Source of the DNA: a virus
Virus record (IMG/VR): IMGVR_UViG_3300028599_000003
Direction: 5' to 3' (one strand)
Length of the DNA: 40,662 nucleotides
The translations under genes and the position numbers were made by a program. Of this stretch, positions 36,096 through 40,662 are shown piece after piece (within the stretch, counting starts at the first letter, position 1; each line of letters begins with the position of its first letter). Under the pieces are notes generated by a model. That model had not been told where the DNA came from and did not search any database. It saw only the letters and a list, made by a program, of their open reading frames with translations.

Positions 36096-37177
36096 TTCAG
36101 TCAGATGCATTAACAATAACAGAACAACATAAAAGATGTGGTTTAGGTATATCAATGGGTGTAGGTAAAACTAGAATAGCAATACAACACCTTCAGAAAT
36201 ATTATGACCCGTTAATCAAAGTGCTAGTAGTAGTTCCAAAGTTATCAGTCAAACAAGCATGGCTTGATGAACTAGATAAAATGAATCTAACAAACTTGAT
36301 AGATCATATAGACTTTACAACCTATTTGTCACTTAAAAAACAAGAACCTCAAGACTATAGCATATTATATTTAGATGAGTGTCATTCACTTAAGTATTCT
36401 CATGAATTATTCTTACATAGATTTTATGGAAGAATATTAGGATTGACAGGCACACCACCAAAAAGCCAGAACACTGAGAAAGGTATGATGGTAAATAAGT
36501 ATTGTCCAATTAAATTTACATTTACAACGGATGATGCAACTGACTCTAACATCTTAAATGATTACAAGATTGTTATACATGAGTTGGAGTTGTCTAAGTT
36601 ACCTTCTTTAAAGAAGAAAAACAAGGCAGGTGGATTCTGGTATACATCAGAAAAAAAGGATTATGACTATGTTACCAAAAGGCTAGCAGAAGCTAACACT
36701 GAAAAACAAATACAGTTTGGAAGAATTATGCGGATGAGAGCTCTAATGGATTATGCAAGTAAAGAGAGCTATGTTAAAGGTATACTCGGTAATGTCAGTA
36801 CTAAATGTATTGTATTTGCTAATACCCAAAAACAAGCAGACAGAATATGCAAGCATAGTTATCATTCTAAAAATCCTAAGTCAGAGGAGAACCTTGAGTT
36901 ATTCTCTGATAATAGGATAGATAAATTATCTTGTGTATTACAATTATCAGAAGGTGTTACTATACCAAATTTAAAAGCTGGTATTATTATGCATGCATAT
37001 GGTAATGAAAGAAAAACAGCACAAAGAATAGGAAGATTACTCAGATTAAATCCAACTGAGACAGCTACATGTCACATACTTATGTACAAAGGTACACAAG
37101 ATGAGAAATGGGTAGGTGATGCAGTTAAAGGATTTGATCAAACAAAAATTACTTATTATAACCCACTAAAAAAATAA
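36053..37177 (+). CDS. Superfamily 2 (DExH) helicase
   Basis: MGVGKT (I), LDECH (II), LTGT (III), QRIGRLLR (VI); start reassigned to ATG 36053. Confidence 0.9.
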   Translation: MANNTPEIISTREIVQSDALTITEQHKRCGLGISMGVGKTRIAIQHLQKYYDPLIKVLVVVPKLSVKQAWLDELDKMNLTNLIDHIDFTTYLSLKKQEPQDYSILYLDECHSLKYSHELFLHRFYGRILGLTGTPPKSQNTEKGMMVNKYCPIKFTFTTDDATDSNILNDYKIVIHELELSKLPSLKKKNKAGGFWYTSEKKDYDYVTKRLAEANTEKQIQFGRIMRMRALMDYASKESYVKGILGNVSTKCIVFANTQKQADRICKHSYHSKNPKSEENLELFSDNRIDKLSCVLQLSEGVTIPNLKAGIIMHAYGNERKTAQRIGRLLRLNPTETATCHILMYKGTQDEKWVGDAVKGFDQTKITYYNPLKK

Positions 37178-37181
37178 CATT

Positions 37182-37421
37182 ATGGGAAGAATGAAAGAGC
37201 TCTTTATAGAGCAACAAGAAGAGCTAGAATATCGTGGTGCACATGATGCAATGATACATAGCTACGCAAGAAAAGCAATAGAAGAATATATAGAAGAAGG
37301 TGATACACCTTGTCCTAACTGCAACATGCCAGCTTTATTACGTAATGAATCAAATGCCAAGTGCACTGAGTGTGCTCAAGAGTTTGTTTATGTTGATGGA
37401 GGAGCACTAAGATTTTTGTGA
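37182..37421 (+). CDS. Zn-ribbon protein
   Basis: CPNC...CTEC. Confidence 0.7.
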   Translation: MGRMKELFIEQQEELEYRGAHDAMIHSYARKAIEEYIEEGDTPCPNCNMPALLRNESNAKCTECAQEFVYVDGGALRFL

Positions 37422-37422
37422 T

Positions 37423-37665
37423 ATGGAATTTATAACAAACACAGGAGAAACAGTAGAAGTAGAATATACTTATGATCCAGGTGAACCAGACCAATGGTAT
37501 GATTCCAACGGAGATCCAGGTACACCGGGTTATGGACCATCAGCAGATATAAAGCATGTTTGGTATACTAACACGGATGCTAATGGTAATCAAGTTACCA
37601 TAGACGTACAACATTTATTAGAAGAAGATATAGAAGAAAAAATATTAGAACATCATGAGCAATAA
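37423..37665 (+). CDS. Acidic hypothetical protein
   Basis: 80 aa VEYTYDPGEPDQWYDSNGDPGTPG. Confidence 0.7.
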   Translation: MEFITNTGETVEVEYTYDPGEPDQWYDSNGDPGTPGYGPSADIKHVWYTNTDANGNQVTIDVQHLLEEDIEEKILEHHEQ

Positions 37666-37810
37666 ACAAGAAACCAAAACTATAGGAGGAGTAACATACA
37701 TATTAGATAATGACAAATGGGTCAGTGTCTATGGAATGGATTTAGATCCACATGATCCCAACTATTTATTATTCACACCAATAAAAAGAAAACCAGATGA
37801 AAAAGACTAA
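37655..37810 (+). CDS. Small hypothetical protein, absent from ORF track
   Basis: 51 aa MSNKQETKTIGGVTYILDNDKWV...; bridges flanking genes. Confidence 0.55.
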   Translation: MSNKQETKTIGGVTYILDNDKWVSVYGMDLDPHDPNYLLFTPIKRKPDEKD

Positions 37811-38126
37811 TCAAAATATATTAATTTATTCCTCTGCTATAAAAGCATTATCACATTTAGATAAGGTTGACATACACCCAGGAACTAGTCAAAGAAATTT
37901 AGATGCAGCATATCAAAGATTAGAAGATATAAGAGATATCTCTTTGATTGTTGTAGATCAAAACATTGATGAAAAAATGGAAAAAAAGAAAGCTCAAAAA
38001 ACTCTTGATGAGCTAAGGCTTACTCAGGGTAAAAGAAGACAGCAGGTAATAGATACTGAGCTAGCTGCAATTGGATCTGTTTGCGTTTGTATATTATTTA
38101 TTATTTTATTAGCAATATTCAAATGA
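37797..38126 (+). CDS. Protein with C-terminal membrane anchor
   Basis: 109 aa ending AAIGSVCVCILFIILLAIFK. Confidence 0.65.
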   Translation: MKKTNQNILIYSSAIKALSHLDKVDIHPGTSQRNLDAAYQRLEDIRDISLIVVDQNIDEKMEKKKAQKTLDELRLTQGKRRQQVIDTELAAIGSVCVCILFIILLAIFK

Positions 38127-38506
38127 AAGATAATTTATATATAAAAGCATCTGTTAAAGATGGTCAACTACATTTTCCTATTAAAGCAATGGGTACTAAG
38201 TATAGAAAATTCTTTGAACAACTTGAAGAAGGATCTAAACTAGAGATATTTGTTGGTGTAAGTGGTGCCAAGGGTAGTAACCCTCAACTAGCACGCTTGC
38301 ATGCAATGATTAGAGAAATAGCACAAGAAATTGGTTACACCTTTGAAGAAGCCAAAATACAAGTGAAAAGATCTTCAGGCTTATGCTTTGTAAAAGATAA
38401 ACAAGAGTATTGTAAATCCTTTGGGGACTGTGATAAAGATGAATTGAATTTAGCAATACAATCTTGTATTGAGATAGGTGACTTTAATGGGATGCAGTTA
38501 AGATAA
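38123..38506 (+). CDS. NinB/Orf-like recombination-accessory protein
   Basis: SNPQLARLHAMIREIAQEIGYTFEEAK...KSFGDCDKDEL; ATGA overlap start at 38123. Confidence 0.55.
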   Translation: MKDNLYIKASVKDGQLHFPIKAMGTKYRKFFEQLEEGSKLEIFVGVSGAKGSNPQLARLHAMIREIAQEIGYTFEEAKIQVKRSSGLCFVKDKQEYCKSFGDCDKDELNLAIQSCIEIGDFNGMQLR

Positions 38507-38980
38507 TTCTTTATCTTCTTCATCCTCATTAAGTGCATCTTTTAAATCAACAAATTGATTGCCAAGATCTTTTAGTTTATTTAATAGATCTCCATCTAAT
38601 GAACCTTGTGCTAACTGATCTTGTGCAGCTTTCATTAAGTCTTCATTAACTTCAACTTCACCTTTAATTGTCAAACCTTGTTTTTCAGCTTCATATCTTA
38701 AATAGTTTATTAAGCCAAAGAGAACATATAAGTTTTGTTCAAAAGGATCTAACTGTAATTGAGGCATTGGGTCTGCACCTTTAGGATCATATGCCATAAT
38801 TAAATCAAACTTTTTCATAGCATCAGGTATTTTAACCTGGTCTTCTTCGCTTGCATCTAACATAAATTTAGAAGCAATAGTTTGAAGTCCTCCAATAAAT
38901 GAAGGGTTAATCTCAATGCCAACTATGTTTTTTGTAAAATCATAGGTGACCATTTCTTGTTTGATAGTTTTATCTGACAT
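38498..38980 (-). CDS. Hypothetical acidic protein, lone minus-strand gene
   Basis: Open frame from MSDKTIK (38980); TATATTTG box at 38996-39003. Confidence 0.75.
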   Translation of the reverse strand: MSDKTIKQEMVTYDFTKNIVGIEINPSFIGGLQTIASKFMLDASEEDQVKIPDAMKKFDLIMAYDPKGADPMPQLQLDPFEQNLYVLFGLINYLRYEAEKQGLTIKGEVEVNEDLMKAAQDQLAQGSLDGDLLNKLKDLGNQFVDLKDALNEDEEDKELS

Positions 38981-38995
38981 AATAAAAAGTTTTAA

Positions 38996-39003
38996 CAAAT
39001 ATA
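38996..39003 (-). promoter_or_regulatory. Bacteroidota -7 box (TAnnTTTG)
   Basis: TATATTTG about 15 nt upstream of ATG 38980. Confidence 0.5.
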
Positions 39004-39022
39004 CTATAAATTAATAAAAAAA

Positions 39023-39733
39023 ATGGAAATAGATATAAATATCTTAAGAGATAATTTAAACAGCAAACTTAAAGATAGTGGTTGGGACCGCATGCTTGCA
39101 CCATATGTAAATGGTTTAAGCTTTGATCATATAATGAACACACTAGTTGAAAGTGTAGAAAACGGTAAACGTTTTACACCAAGATTTAAAGATGTGTTTA
39201 ATGGATTTTATGAATGCCCGTATAATGATTTAAAAGTTGTTATAGTAGGACAAGATCCATATCCACAATTAGGTGTTGCTGACGGAATTGCATTTAGCTG
39301 CAGTAGAAAAGGTAAAGCTGAAAAGTCTTTACAATATATACTAAAGCAAACAATTGGCGGCTTTGAAAAAACAGGCAGAGTTATGTATACACCAGAAGAA
39401 TGTGATTTAAGACGTTGGTCTAATCAAGGTGTGTTAATGATTAATACAGCATTTACATGTGAGATAAATAAAATTGGTTCTCATTATGGTATATGGAAAT
39501 CTTTTACAGAGTATGTCTTTGATAATATCAATAGGCACAACCCAAAAACAGTATTTATATTGATGGGTAAGAAGGCTGAAGCATGGCAAACTTTACTTCC
39601 AAACTGTAAAATACTAAAGTGTTCTCACCCTGCATCAGCTGCATATAGAGGTGGTGAATGGAACTGTAATGACGTTTTTAACAAGGCTAACTTAGAATTA
39701 GAAAAGCAAGGTAAAACTTGCATAGAATGGTAA
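39023..39733 (+). CDS. ung: Uracil-DNA glycosylase (family 1)
   Basis: KVVIVGQDPYP, ADGIAFS, QGVLMIN, SHPAS motifs. Confidence 0.93.
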   Translation: MEIDINILRDNLNSKLKDSGWDRMLAPYVNGLSFDHIMNTLVESVENGKRFTPRFKDVFNGFYECPYNDLKVVIVGQDPYPQLGVADGIAFSCSRKGKAEKSLQYILKQTIGGFEKTGRVMYTPEECDLRRWSNQGVLMINTAFTCEINKIGSHYGIWKSFTEYVFDNINRHNPKTVFILMGKKAEAWQTLLPNCKILKCSHPASAAYRGGEWNCNDVFNKANLELEKQGKTCIEW

Positions 39734-39740
39734 TATTTAT

Positions 39741-39748
39741 TACCTTTG
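39741..39748 (+). promoter_or_regulatory. Bacteroidota -7 box (TAnnTTTG)
   Basis: TACCTTTG about 22 nt upstream of ATG 39771. Confidence 0.5.
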
Positions 39749-39770
39749 ATAACCTTAAATTATAATATAA

Positions 39771-40298
39771 ATGGCTAATAACCAGGAACTTAATCAAAAG
39801 CAAGATATTGCTGAATTCAAGAAATCTTTTTTCTCAAAACATGGAATTAAATTGTATGTTTACACTCCTCAAGAGAAAGAAAAGAGAATTCCAATAGGTG
39901 TATTCCATGACTCTGCATTAACTGCATTGCATAAAGATCAACCTATATTTCGTAATATTAAAACATTACAAAATAGAACTAGATTTAGAGATTATCTTGT
40001 ATATGTACAAGTGATGTCTTATTTGGCTCACAAAGAAGGTCATAGTAAAACTAGTATAGGTAAATTTTTAAAACGCAATCATGCAACCGTTATTAATTCA
40101 TGTAAAATGATTGAAAATGGGTTTTTCAGTAATGATAAAACTGTTATGCATGCATACAATAACACTTTAAAACAATTAGAAGATTATGTGGGAATTATTC
40201 CAAAAGATACTGAAAGCAAACCTGACACCAAACCAGAGCTTGATCCTATTTGGTATGAAGCAAAAAATCTCCTTACCAGAGGTAGTATCAAAGGATAG
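39771..40298 (+). CDS. DnaA domain IV-like HTH DNA-binding protein
   Basis: SKTSIGKFLKRNHATVINSCKMIE parallels DnaA C-terminal SLPEIG..F..RDHTTVLHACRKIE; no AAA+ domain. Confidence 0.7.
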   Translation: MANNQELNQKQDIAEFKKSFFSKHGIKLYVYTPQEKEKRIPIGVFHDSALTALHKDQPIFRNIKTLQNRTRFRDYLVYVQVMSYLAHKEGHSKTSIGKFLKRNHATVINSCKMIENGFFSNDKTVMHAYNNTLKQLEDYVGIIPKDTESKPDTKPELDPIWYEAKNLLTRGSIKG

Positions 40299-40662
40299 AG
40301 ATGCATTAGTGAGTAAGGGTTTTCTAGAATTTAAAGAAAACGTTTATACAATGACACCAAAAGCTTTGGTTATATGTGCAACTCTAGATAGCTATTTTAT
40401 TAAAGCTAAGAAAAAAACTGATATCCAATTAATGGGTAAAGACTTTGTAGAAAAGATAAATAACTATAGAGAAGTATTTCCTGCTAAGAAATTACCAAGC
40501 GGTAAACCTGCAAGAAATAATGTAAAAGCTTTAGGAGAAGCATTTAGATGGTTCTTTGAAACATATGATCATACATGGGAAGAAATACATAAAGCAACAA
40601 GAATGTATGTTAATGAGTACAGAGATGCAGGCTATATGTATATGCAGACAAGTCAGTACTTT
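40186..40662 (+). CDS. Putative replication-associated protein, truncated by window end
   Basis: Open frame MWELFQKIL...YREVFPAKKLPSGKPAR...ATRMYV...YMQTSQYF to the edge. Confidence 0.7.
   Translation, partial: MWELFQKILKANLTPNQSLILFGMKQKISLPEVVSKDRDALVSKGFLEFKENVYTMTPKALVICATLDSYFIKAKKKTDIQLMGKDFVEKINNYREVFPAKKLPSGKPARNNVKALGEAFRWFFETYDHTWEEIHKATRMYVNEYRDAGYMYMQTSQYF

Overview
A ~40.7 kb, AT-rich segment of a crAss-like (Crassvirales-type) tailed phage. A Bacteroidota (probably Flavobacteriia) host is inferred from TAnnTTTG promoter boxes and A/T-rich, SD-less start contexts. Positions 1-29700 (minus strand) are the late/virion module: several modular fibre proteins (one collagen-like), Cys-rich accessory structural genes, major capsid protein, scaffold-like protein, portal, large terminase, a stand-alone GroES, a PD-(D/E)XK nuclease, an IHF-like protein, an amidase endolysin and a cluster of small Lys-rich proteins. 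Positions 30200-40662 (plus strand) are early/replication-type genes: two paralogous SSB-like proteins, HTH and HNH proteins, three tRNAs abutting with no spacer, an SF2 helicase, a NinB-like protein, uracil-DNA glycosylase and a DnaA-domain-IV-like protein. The most unusual part is the strand-switch/early region (29700-32830). It holds a repeated element, [6-bp stem]-TTTC-[stem']-TCTGCTCCCAAACTA, with a covarying stem and fixed spacing (candidate hairpin promoter for a virion RNA polymerase). It is interleaved with several long, G.U-containing structured non-coding segments, and the first early gene is a tail-less SSB-like paralog. All family assignments are from motif recognition and gene order by eye; no searches or folding programs were run.
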